A DNA stretch of 59,312 bases, the filler included, from Sphacelaria rigidula (taxonomy: Eukaryota), in assembly GCA_964200075.2 (NCBI GenBank). It is 10 parts of 10 records of this genome, joined end to end, with 100 filler letters (N's around TTAATTAATTAA, not from the genome) between each part and the next. Parts side by side here need not be neighbours in the genome. Positions count along the whole stretch, not along the records: positions 11,885 to 17,725 come from CAXNAA020024040.1; positions 17,826 to 23,666 come from CAXNAA020024041.1; positions 23,767 to 29,607 come from CAXNAA020024042.1; 7 more parts are not named here. One strand, 5' to 3'. How positions within the stretch are numbered: the stretch's first letter is position 1; every line of letters starts with the position of its first letter. Below the pieces are notes generated by a model, which worked only from the letters and a program-made list of their open reading frames with translations, did no database searches and was not told where the DNA came from. Positions 12,201 through 23,976 of the stretch are shown piece by piece. The translations under genes and the position numbers were made by a program.

Positions 12201-12701
12201 TTTTTTTAAACAACCCGAGCACATCCATCTATCTCACGGGAATCGAACGCCCATTATTTTTGTCTAATGGCTTCACTCTTTCGGAACTCGCGAAAAACAG
12301 TACAGATTCCCATATGCGAGCTTTCGTCACCCGGGAAAACGTCAGTTCGAGTTCGTTGCAGGAATATGTCACATTATTATATCTTGAACTTGTAAAGCAG
12401 TGGTGCACCGTTTTGGTGGGCTGCGTCCATTAACGGTTGCAGAAAAAATAACTATATCTTGGGCAAGAAAACGTCAGTTGTAATTCGTCATTTTTCCATA
12501 AACGGTTCCGAAAGGCTTCATCAATAGTCGTACCATCAGACCACCGGGGTACGGTGGCCTGGGTGAAGATTTCTGATGTTTTTCGGTCGTAAAACAGCGT
12601 ATCATGTCGCTGTCCTGCTCCACTTTGCTTTGCTTTTCTCTGTTCTGCCCTGCTCGATGTTTGACATCGTTTTGCTTCGTCTTCCATTTTATTCTGCACA
12701 G

Positions 12702-15700
12702 GCGGTAACGCCACCAGATGCCACTCTGCAGCCGTCGAGCGACGAGGCCTTTTGGGCCGCAGTAGCTGCGCAGCACGTAGCTGAGGGCTCCAACACCTCC
12801 TCGTGGAAACAGACGGAAGGGTCGAAATCCGCAGCATCGGGAGGAGGAAAGCGGGGTGGTGGGAAAGGGGCGGGTAGTGTCAACGACCACTGTGCTCTGT
12901 GCACGGACAAGAGCCCCGGGCGGTGGATAACTCGCTGTAAAGGCCCGGGCGGAGGGACGCGGCAGCAACCGTGTTCGGTGTGGGTGCACCCGGCGTGCGC
13001 TTGGCAGGTGTGATTTTTCAGGAGAGGGGGTTGGGGGGGGTTCCACAAGGACCAGGGATTTTTTGCACAGAAAGTACGCTTTTGGTAAAGCTTAGTAGAG
13101 TGCATGACATGCCTGGAGGAAAGTGATCGTAGCTCTTGAGAAAAAATATTGCAAGCATCATTGCGGTATGCTAAGGTGTCAACAATGACTTCACGTCTCT
13201 GGGCGACTGACAACAACCAAGCTATATCGATGAGGGCGGGGGCGTGCTCTTGCCTGTCATTTGATCATTGAGCGCTTATCCCTTTCAAGACGGAGTCGGG
13301 GGGGGGGGGCAGGTTCGAGTGGATCTATTCTGTTGTTTGCAACCAACATGCTCGGGTGCGTGCTGAGTCAAAAAGTATGTATATATAAACGCATTCTAAG
13401 GCATCGCCGTACGCCTGCCCGGTCCAATGTTTGTTGCGAGAGTTGGGCTTGTGAATAATTCATCGTGGTATACGTGCCTTGGTGGCAGGCGTTGTGTGTT
13501 GGAGGTGAGACGATGCGGGGCGTGTGTGTGTGTGTATGTGTGTGCTTTTTTTTTTTTTTTGAGAAAAGTAGCTGTGCGTAATACTCGTGCACACAGCGCG
13601 AACCGACTGCTCTGGAAACTCTCGGTGGTATTTCGTGTGTGTGTGTGTGTGGTAGACGATACAGCACTTTGGGCTCCCAGCAGTATTGCTGGCCCATGCA
13701 GAGTACGTGGTCATACCGTTCGGCCAGAACTGCACGCCAGTTGTGTATTTGTGGCGATTATACTCGTACATACCCCAGCCGGTGCTCCGTCTCGAAAGGG
13801 ATGCGTGGTCAATGGTCAAATAACTAAGGCAAGCAACAAATGAGTACGCCCCCCCCCCCATGTTTTTACCCATGTGCGCATAGAATGAAGAGTTCGCCAT
13901 GCGGTCCATCGCGGGATCGGCGGCTACGTCGGACAGCGGGTTTCGCCTACCCATGGTGTTTTTTGCCTGCCCGCAGCACGATAAGCCTGCCACGTACTGC
14001 TCCTGCAAGCGTGAGGAGAGGGAAGACGAGGAAGGACAGTGAGTGATGCTATTTCCCCCCGTGTTAATTGTTGTTATTTCTTTGTACCCGTCGCCAACTG
14101 GAGCTGCTCAGTCGGCGAGGATTGACGGAGGGCAGATTTTGAACGTGACTTCAATAACAGCTTGCGCCTGAGAGACTTTACCCTAGCTCTGAACTTCAGG
14201 GACTTACCCGCAATTAAACCTATATCTTGAAACGAGCGGCGGGGGGTGAGTTGAATTGGCAACTCTGTTTCCGAATGTTTATTTTTAGCAAAATCAGTAC
14301 GAGACTGCATGGAGCAAGGTCCACCGTGACTTCATCAACTCCCTCCCTCCCCGACGAGACTGTCACTTGGATCATGACCTTGGTTCGTTTCACAGTCAGT
14401 GAGACCCCCGCCAACCATAGAGGAGAGGACCAGCCAGAATGCAGTGAAAATTGCTTGTTGTCATAGCATGTCCATTCCACTGTACCGCTTAGTAGTCGTT
14501 GTCTCTTGCTTTAGACTCCGGGGTCGTCCCGAGGAAGAAGGCGGCGGGTTACAGCACGACGAAAAAAACTTTGCTGACAGTGCAGGTTCCCACAATAGTG
14601 CGGTCATGCGGGCGTCGCAAGGGCACCTCACCATGGATTATGACAATATATTACGCTGTCGAAAGTCTACTGCGTACAGTATGGAATCCATTGTATATTG
14701 TACAATAGACACAATAGCCGACACTGAACGCGGTACACTTTTTGACGATGTAATCTCTTGTCATCATCCAGGGTGTGAAATGCGCCCTCCCCACTTTTGT
14801 TGCGGCACTACTGCTGCACCATGCTTCCGTGAACCAAATGCTTTTTCATAGACTGTGATAAAAATAATCGCAACGCATTCACACGCGCGAACAGATCATG
14901 ATCCGTCTAAAAAATATTTTTTCTCAGTGTACTGATCAGGATCATTTGGCCCCTCTTTTGCATGTTTGCTCCTTACACCGCCGGACGCCGAGCACGCCGC
15001 GTATCGCAAAGGTTGCGTTTCGACTTATCTGAATCTGTGTTCACATATTTTGTGTTTTTGAACCAACGTCTACTTTGATTAGTTGTTTCAGACAGATGAT
15101 GATCTGTCCGACGTGTGAAAACACTTGTCAGTTGAGTATGACACGCTCTGAAATGCGACACACGGGAGTACGGTACACGGGACTTACAAGCGTATGTGTA
15201 TTAACAGGGAGAACTATATCGAGTGCGACAGCTGCAACGAGTGGTATCACTTCTCGTGCGAGGGCCTGGATGAGGCGGATGCGCCAGATAGCTACAGTTG
15301 CAAGCGCTGCCGAAAGCTGGCGGCCAAGGGACAGAAGGTTTCGGCCGGCGAGCGGCGCAGGAACAAGGCAAAGACGAACGAGTATATGAGTGAAATAGTG
15401 AGTTCGTGTGTTTTTTTACTTTTTATTTTATTTTATGCACAACTTGGGTACTGTTGTTGATGATAAAATCTCGGAATAAAAGAAAATTATGGAGAAGGTT
15501 GCGATCAGTCTCTCACTCGCAACGGGAGGGAGGAGCGGGGGCGGGGGCGGGGGGGGTAAGCATAGACTCGTCATTTTCCATTCTACACATTTTCCATGCT
15601 GAACATATGGGTATTATCAAGCGGAATATTTATTCTTGTTCACAAGAAGGGCATGTAACATGGAGACGTCTAGATATCATTCGTCATCTCCACGGAAACG

Positions 15701-16381
15701 TTCAGAATGATTTCCATCATCATGGTGTGCCGTCGATCTGCACTTGCGATCGTTAGATTCGTCACCTGTCTGTCTTTCTGTCCCTCTCGTTGACTTACAT
15801 AATTGCATATTTGGTTATCCCCCCCACCTGAGCCATGCCCATTCTATAGCAACACGACCACCGCAGATGAAAATAAATAAATAACGGCGATTACTAAACG
15901 TGATGTATATATACATAACCAGATGGCCAACAAGGTGATGCAAATCCAGCAGTGGGTCGCCGAGGTGAAGAACCTGGAGATGATGGAGGATGACAGTACT
16001 CCCAACATGTCCAGCAACAACACGAGATCGGCAGCGGCGGCGGCGGCGGCCACCGCGGCTGCTTCCACCGCTGCTATTGCCGCCGGCGAAGCCCGCTACG
16101 CTATCATGAAGGAACTCCTCAGCCGGAAAGAGGAGCTCGAGGCGCCCCTGGAGGATGACGATGATGCGGATGAGGAGCAAGTGGCGTCAGGCTCGGGCAA
16201 GAAGAAGGGGGGGGGGAAGGCGGGTAAGGGGGGAGGCGCCGGGGACGAGGGAGTGGATAAGAGCTTCTGCTGTCCGGGGATGGAAAGTGTGTACGAGGAG
16301 GCGGTTGAGATGTTGTCTGTGCTGGAAAACGAGGCGGAGGCTGTGGAGATGATGGTGGATACCTGGTTTGATGATCATGTG
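12702..16381 (+). CDS. Chromatin-reader protein with an extended-PHD-like finger and a canonical PHD finger; internal exons 12702-13007, 13884-14038, 15208-15397, 15923-16381 (partial at both ends)
   Basis: All four exons have AG/GT borders and compatible phases (0, 2, 0). Spliced product contains CALC...TRC...PCSVWVHPACAW...FACPQH, then YCSCK...ENYIECDSCNEWYHFSCEGL...YSCKRC (C4HC3 PHD). Confidence 0.88.
14640..14780 (+). repeat. Dispersed repeat (uninterrupted copy)
   Basis: TACTGCGTACAGTATGGAATC...TGTCATCATCCAGGGTGTG matches the reverse complement of about 56320-56660 once the MITE at 56434-56638 is removed. Confidence 0.7.
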
Positions 16382-17204
16382 GTGAGCCTGAGGATGGGGC
16401 GGGAGAAAATGCGACCTGCTGGATTCATTTCTCTATCTTCATCTATTTTTATTTTATTTTATTTTATCTTTTTTTTCGTCCTATTTATTTTAACTGTTTT
16501 TTCTACAACTTTTCCTTCCATGCGTATTTTTTTTCTCTTCCCTTTCCTTCCCTTCCCCTGTGTCACTCTCCAAGCTGATCCCTTAATTTCTTCATCGTTG
16601 GAGGTTCTTCTCTCGATCCATTTTCTTTGTTCTCTACCCCGAAAGGTTTTGGAGTTGATTATTATGATTTGAGAATATAGGATGAGTTGATACCGGTGAT
16701 ATGATCGGCCGTGTGACGTATACCAATCTGTGTGTACCGGTTCCAGCTCATGTATTCTGAGATGGGGGGTAAAAAAAGACGTGACGAATGTAGCGGAAAG
16801 CTGGATGTCGGAACAGTTTCCTACTTCATATGGTACTGGTTGTGTAGTTGATTTGATGATCGCACTTTTTTTTTTCCTCTTCATTTTTATTATTATTATT
16901 ATTTTATTCGTTTGTTTTTTTGTATCGCGTCTGTGTGAATTATTTTGGGTCCGATTTTATTTTTTATTTCATTTTGCCCTATTTGAGGGGTAGTTAGCCT
17001 TTGACCACGGAAGGCATCCGCATCAGATGCTCAGTACAGAGTACTGCGCAGATATCGCAACCGTTGATAATGTGAAGATAACGACAACAATGACAACAAT
17101 TACGCCGCTGCGGAGTCATGATCCACCGGCGAGAATGACGTACACCAAGACAATTAAACGACAATAATTACTGAATACAAAGTCAAAATGAGGGTTGTAT
17201 ATAA

Positions 17205-17545
17205 TATGTGTGTTGTCATCCTATCTATTCTGAACGTCAATCTACCCCTTTCGGTGTATGTGGGCGTATCCACTGGGGTAACACAAGAGGAAGGTCAAGT
17301 CAACACGGGAGTATTTCACCTTCATTCTGCGGTATTTGCCTTCTTTTTTTTCTATCGCGAGAAGAGTTCGGCAGTCCCTTTCCCTCGTCGACCGTGAAGT
17401 CGAAGTTTGTGTACCGACGGTATCGTTGCTCTCCACTGTTGAGCAGGATGTGAAGGACAAAAATCCCAGATCGCGTGACTTCGCCGAGATTCGAATCCAT
17501 GTTCCAACCGTCAGAATGTTTCGAGGATACCAACTGAGCCGCCGG
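17205..17545 (-). mobile_element. Near full-length tRNA-derived SINE family B (~340 bp)
   Basis: Minus strand CCGGCGGCTCAGTTGGTA (A box)...GGATTCGAATCTC (B box), then body, then a CA-rich tail. Other copies at 57119-57345 (+), 17900-18145 (+), 2350-2575 (-), 1517-1598 (-) and 23767-23834 (-). Confidence 0.8.
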
Positions 17546-17899
17546 CGTCATGAACAAAGGAGGGAGAAAACTCGTTACTAAGCAAGAGTAAACGTTGACA
17601 AAAATAAAGTAGAGGAGACCAAAGGAAGGAAGGAGAGAAAACAGACAGAAAAAGGCAGGCGAAAATCCAGTACCGATCCGTAACCTCCCCCCCCCCCCCC
17701 CCCCCCCCCCCACAACAAAAGCTGCNNNNNNNNNNNNNNNNNNNNNNNNNNNNNNNNNNNNNNNNNNNNTTAATTAATTAANNNNNNNNNNNNNNNNNNN
17801 NNNNNNNNNNNNNNNNNNNNNNNNNAGGGATGCGAGGTCAATGGTCTTATGACTATGGCATGCATGATCATGAGTACACCCCCCCTATCGCAGCATGAC

Positions 17900-18145
17900 T
17901 CGGTACACAAAGTTGGACTTAACGGTCGACGAGGGGAAGAGACCGCTGAACCCTTCTCGTGATAAAAGGTAAGGCAAGCATCGCAGAAGGGAGGTGGGGT
18001 ACTGGAACACGATAAGTAATACATAATAAATGTGCGTTGACCTTTCTCCTGTGTGACCCCGGCTGATGCGCCCATGTATATATATATATATATATATCGA
18101 AACGTGTAGACTGGCGTCCAGATAGATGGGATGGCAAAACACAGT
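17900..18145 (+). mobile_element. SINE family B, 3' two-thirds
   Basis: CGGTACACAAAGTTGGACTTAACGGTCGACGAGGGGAAG...GACTGGCGTCCAGATAGATGGGATGGCAAAACAC, colinear with the 17205-17545 copy. Confidence 0.72.
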
Positions 18146-18345
18146 CCGATTAAGTAGCACATGCAACCGCGACTTTTAAAAGGTTCGAGTGCCCATCAAT
18201 ACTCAGCAGTAGATTCGCGGTGCTAGACGAGCCAGGCCTTGCAGTTGTTGTAATATATTGTTTGTTACACTGTGTGCTTGTTGAGCAGGTGGATCTGTAC
18301 GGCAGGCGTGATCTTTTGGATGGCGCAGTCGTCGGATATTTTAGC

Positions 18346-18580
18346 GATGCCTCAAAGGTGGCAGACACACTAGCCGAGGACATACTCTTCGACAAGTGAG
18401 TGAAAAATCATTTTGGAACAAAAAATTGAAAAACACTCGACTCACGAGCAAACAGATGATTGATGCATCAAAGGTGACAGACACACTAGCCGAGGACATA
18501 CTCTTCGACACGTAAATGAAAAATCATTTCGGAACAAAAAAATTGAAAAACACTCAACTCACGAGCAAACAGATGCTTGG
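18346..18580 (+). repeat. Tandem duplication, 2 x ~116 bp
   Basis: Units start at 18346 and 18462 (GATGC.TCAAAGGTG.CAGACACACTAGCCGAGGACATACTCTTCGACA...CTCACGAGCAAACAGATG). Confidence 0.92.
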
Positions 18581-18978
18581 TGACTAAAATTACGAAATTT
18601 ATCAAAATCATGCATTTTGAACCTTGGAACATGTTATTGGGAAATCGTGCAATCGGCATATTTGGGTACGAAAATGTTCTTGAAGATACAACTGCACCCG
18701 TAGCGCGTATGTACGTTTTGCCTCGTACTTGAAATTATGAGAAACAACAGTAGAAATGGTGAAATATATTCGAATCTCTTCATTCCTGCACGTACGTTTA
18801 CCTGCAATGTGTGCAGCCCAGCCCTTAGTGTGCTTGCGATAATAGCACATCACCGAGAATATTATCTCGCAGGAATTCGCGGTCTAAGAGCTTGAATATG
18901 GACTATAGAGTCGAGACTGGTACCTGCGATGTTTCCAATAACAGTCACACGTTTGGCGCCGGTTGAAGCACATGAGTA

Positions 18979-19239
18979 GAGTCATGCTACGATGGGGGGA
19001 GGCGGGGAGATTTCAGGCTTTTCTTCCACGAAATTCACTTCAATCGCCGTCAAACGCAGCCAACAGTTGTTCGAACGCGCTTGCTCCCGATGAATAGTAC
19101 TCATTCATACTGCTTTGCACAGCTTTTACCCAAATTCGAGCGCACCGCGAGTGTTTTAGGCCGTTTGAGGCATGTTTGAGCACATTTTTTCGTGGAATCA
19201 AACACCCCCCCCCCCCACCCCCCCTATCGAGCATGGCTC
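18979..19239. mobile_element. MITE with GAG...CTC termini (Sola2-like), 261 bp
   Basis: Left end GAGTCATGCTACGATGGGGGG, right end CCCCCCTATCGAGCATGGCTC; flanks AGTA/ATTA. The same terminus occurs at 41452-41489, 47571-47607, 17881-17901 and about 50810-50828. Confidence 0.62.
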
Positions 19240-21396
19240 ATTATTGTTGACTGTTCTCGTCATATTGATGTTGGCTATGCTTGATAACTCATGACAGAGC
19301 AATGAGAGTACTTATTTGGAGCTCACATCCCCAGTCGTTTGTTCTGCTGGGAACCGCTTTCGAACGCAGAAATATCAAGAAATCGTAATGATTCTTCTCA
19401 CTTTCTAAAAAGATCGGCGCGATCGAATACACCCATCTTTTGGACTCAGTACAGTTCTCCGGTCCACAACAACTACACGTACCCGGTTAGGATCTGTTTA
19501 GAACCACTTTTGAACATGATACGAAGCAGCGTAATAGCCACTGGAGAAAAAAAAAAAAGGCAGATAGCTCGGCAGGGTTTGAAGAATAAAGGATTTCCGA
19601 TCAATAAATCCTTCGTTGACATCGAAACCATGAAATAACCGCCGTTTGTATTCTCTGCAAGCTTACGATCACATTTCGTCTTCCCACATCTATCTAATCC
19701 GTGGTTCATTATTATGATGTTGCAAAGGTTCAACGCGAATTCGACGCTCAACCACTCTTCGGAGGAGGCCGTATCCACCTTGGGTCCGAGAGGACAGTGG
19801 GCGGGGGAAGGGCACTACGGCCTAAAGCTCGTGGGAACGGCTCAGGCAAAAAGACGGGCACACATACGCGTCGTGTATATATATATATATATATAAGCAT
19901 GAGCATATGCTTTTGTTGAGTAGGAGAAGATAACATTTTGTCGTGAAAGAGGTGATTTCGGTGCGACGTTGTCTTTGTATTTATTTCACGCAGTGCGTCC
20001 GGACCGAACCAGTATCCCTTACTGTCATGACTACGCATTGAAAAAACACCGCAATCTGGCACCCACGTCTATTGGACAACACGAGCAGATGAGATCCGCC
20101 TCTGCATGCTACTTCACTTGTGCGTGATAACACGCGTGGCTGTTGCTAACTTGCTCCCGTTCTGCCCGGCGGTAGGGTGAACGGAGGTGTAGTGAGTGTC
20201 CCCGGTTTTGCATGGTATGCCATCCCTTCGGTCAATTTTCTGCATCCGAATATACCTCTGCATATGACTAAGGTGTTGAGGCTTGATACCGATTCTCGGT
20301 GATGTAAGTAGTGACGAGAGGAAAAACGACGCGATAGCGCTTCCGTTCTCCCAGATTCCCGCCGGCAAATTCGTGCCAAACCCGTGGAAATACCATGAAG
20401 GAAAAAGTACGTACCGCACTCTATATAGCTTGGGCTGTCACTCAGTGTAAAAAAATCGCGGTTCGTGCCCCCTTTTGCTTCCACTCCTTCCCAGCCTTCC
20501 TCCTGAAGGAGAAACCCCTATCGTCGTTCAGCTTTGCCATCGGGTGACATCGAGACGGGCCAATCCGTCATGGATCACTGTTCATATGCTCTTAACATCC
20601 GACCGTTTCAGGTCGTCATCACATGCGTTTTTCTACTCTTCATTCTCGCCGTTTTTATTTCTCTTTGACCAGGTCGAAAACTGTAACCGGTCCGCGTCCT
20701 GCTGCGATGTCTACGACGAATCGGCCGCATCGTGTGCAGAACAGCAAAACGACGGCGAGTTGTTGTACTCTTGCTCGGCCGGAGCTACCGCCCGACAGGT
20801 GCACGATCTCCGAAAAAACCACGTCCTGCAAAGGGTAGCTTGTTTATACGTGGTGTTGGATGCAGCAACTAGCTCGGTTTAAGGCATATGCTCTTGCGAG
20901 TCTTGACAGGATCTGCGTCTCAAAGTGGGGGTTCCCGGCATTCAGATTCCAAAGACAAAGAGTCCGAGTTGAATAGAGGAAATTGGCGTGTTCCCAAATC
21001 GGAAGCGCGCCCCACCAAGTGAGCGTGAGTTCATTTAACTCGTTTATACGTGTGTTGTCATACTCTTAGTGACCGATCAGTCAAGTGCGGAGCGGTGTTT
21101 GCGCCAGATTCCGGCATATGTCTAGACCATACTTGTACATAAAAGTCCTCCCTTAGTCCTTCCCTTAGTGCAAACGCACGCGCGGTGTTGGAACTTTGGC
21201 GAAACCATGTGAATAGCCTTCCAGTAGGTGTTTTTCCACACGCCGATTTGCTCTCGCCCTGCTTCACCCTCATCCGTCGAAATTCCGGCCGTCGCCATCA
21301 CACTTTTTCAAACGCCTGGGACACCTTCGTTGTGGCCCGTACGTACTTGTCGCCATTTCCCCACTGATGCCTCCCCAACGCTTCAGCGACAGAACG

Positions 21397-21397
<1 letters not shown>

Positions 21398-21437
<40 letters not shown>

Positions 21438-21471
21438 GGTGGTGGTAGGAGTAGTAGTAGTAGTGGTGGTA
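21398..21471 (+). repeat. Compound (AGT)n/(GGT)n microsatellite
   Basis: Directly visible. Confidence 0.9.
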
Positions 21472-23766
21472 GGAATCCTTTCAGTGTACATTTGTGCGAA
21501 AGCGAACGCTCTCGGCTCATGTCTCCCGTAGGCGAACGCTCTTACAATCCACGAGTGAACATTTGCAATCCCCACTTGATCACCAAGGCTGCTATCGAGA
21601 AATAAAATCACTCGTGATCTCCGTGCCTCTCCGTCTCGAATAACCTTGACAGATGCGTGCCTTCAACACGGAGAAAACCTCCTCGCCTGTCTCTTCAGGA
21701 GCTGTCACGCCCTACATATATGCCGTCGAGGCTGGTTGGGGAGGAGACATATCTCACGCTTGCGGGCCGGCCTTACGACTCACCGCAAGCTATCCGGCTT
21801 CTGCCGGTGCGGCTTGGTACCCACGGGACGTGACCATCAGTGAGGTGAAAACTCACATGCAGTGTAGAGACCATTCTTCGACCCTTTTGCAAAGAGTAGT
21901 GCCACGGTAGGGGTGCCCTTTTCAATCTAAAAGTTTTCTGAGGCTGCACACTCAGGGCCATATATTTGTCATCGAGAGGCTCCTAGCTACAGCACAGAGC
22001 CCCAGAAAACAATTGTGCAGCCCTGCGGTGGTATTGCTCCGAAGTGGACAAAAGATCGGGATCTCACTAACATGAAGATCTTGATGTTTGGACTCATTAG
22101 CCTGAATGTTCAACCGTTCGTTTTTACTGAAATCAAGGACAAGAGGAGAAAAACATGAAAGCCGAATATACAGGTGTCGAGGCCAGTGGTTCCTTTTGGT
22201 AAATGACGACCAAGGTCCTCGTACAAAACTCGAGCCCCACATGACGATATCCTAAGATGGGCAAATCGACGGTAAGGTCGACGACCCGCCTTGTAAGGCC
22301 GGTAGAGTGCTCGCAAACATACCCGGTACTTAAAAGGGTCTCGCGGCTCCATCAAAAGCTTCTTGCAAGATTAACGTGAGGGGGACAATAGGAAGCGGCG
22401 GAGGAGCAAGTGGCATAACTGTAGAGACGAGTCGTCGAAACATTTTTTTCACATGTTTAAAGTGTCATTGCCGTATGCCCAGGCGTCAACTAACCGTCCA
22501 TTCATGGGTGAATGATAAACAAAAACAAACCGTTTTGCTGTTAAAAGGGCGAGAGCAGATGGCAGTACATTCCGCAGGCACAGGGAGTGTCCCTTCGAAA
22601 GGGGTTCGTAAACGTTGCAGCCGTTGGACAGACGAGATTCATTTTACCGCCTTTCATTGACTAAAAAACTGTGACAACGGACCACTGTACTTCACCAGTG
22701 AAAGACGATCGAACGGACAAAAAGAAAGCAAACACTATCAGTAGCGGTACATTTATTCGCCTATTTTCATGATATCATGCCCACAGCCACGGTTTGTCAC
22801 GCGTCGATTTCCTTCGCGGAGCAAAAGCCTCCCCGCCCCAGCCCTTCCCAAACTTGAGTATCCTCTATCTTCAGCAGTACCACTAACAAGTGCAGTGCAA
22901 CTCCACTCTTCCCCTCATCGTTTATGTAGCACCGAATCCTCCTCTCTTGTCAGTGATATCCTGTATCTCAGCAGTGTGCGTGAGACCTGCCCGCTATCAC
23001 GGATGTAGAGCAAAGTTTCATCGTTCTTCTTCAAGGGGCTCTTCACGACTTGGGGACAAACAGTATTTTTCCGCATCACGTGTGAATTTTATGAACACAC
23101 ACAATACATAGTACCATTCGGTCGTCGTCTGAGACCACAGAACCAGAATTGTCCATCCGGTATTACACACAAACGTGGCTCACCAAGGGTAAGCTGTTGG
23201 CGCTCACCTCTTTCTTGCCCAGATCTTCGTGCAATAACAACATAATACTAAAGCATGGGATCCTTCCCTTCGTGGGGTAACTAGTGACACCCACAGCTGC
23301 ATCCATTCCGTCTCCGACGGAGTCCTTCGGCCGGGAGTATGAAGCTTCAGGTGTATCTGATGGCACGGTTTACACTACACAACTACCTCATATTACACGA
23401 GTAGCAGCCAAAAACATACTTGCAGATCAAACCAATGGCTGCAGAGACGTCAAGCACGAAAATAGAAACGCACACAATTATTTCTCCATGTCCGTGTTTC
23501 AAACATACAAACCCTGATGTCGCCGCTTTACCCTTTTCACCTCACCCTGGAAGTCGCACACCGAGGACCTCCGCCCCCCCCCCCCCCCCCCCCGCGCCCC
23601 CCCCCCCCCCCCCCCCCCACCCCCCCCCCCCCCTCCCTCTACGCCCCCCACCCCCGCCCTCCCCCCNNNNNNNNNNNNNNNNNNNNNNNNNNNNNNNNNN
23701 NNNNNNNNNNTTAATTAATTAANNNNNNNNNNNNNNNNNNNNNNNNNNNNNNNNNNNNNNNNNNNN

Positions 23767-23834
23767 AATCGAACCCCCCAACTCAACCATCAGAAGGTTA
23801 CGAGGTTACCAACTGAGCCACCGGGGCGACCGGC
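23767..23834 (-). mobile_element. tRNA-like head of SINE family B (cut by contig end)
   Basis: Reverse complement GCCGGTCGCCCCGGTGGCTCAGTTGGTAACCTCGTAACCTTCTGATGGTTGAGTTGGGGGGTTCGATT, matching 57120-57185. Confidence 0.75.
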
Positions 23835-23976
23835 AAGCCTGTACACTTGATTTCGAAAGTTCTATTTCGGTATGGAAAATCCCAAAAGAGGGAGGGGTAC
23901 GTGAGGAGCGAACCATATCGTGCCCTTTCCTGATCGCTTGATCGTGCAATTATGTTTTAATTCTCCGATGAAACAG

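Noticed and set aside
20672..20790. EsV-1-7-type cysteine repeat
   Set aside because: Single degenerate unit lacking the conserved G and C..H residues.
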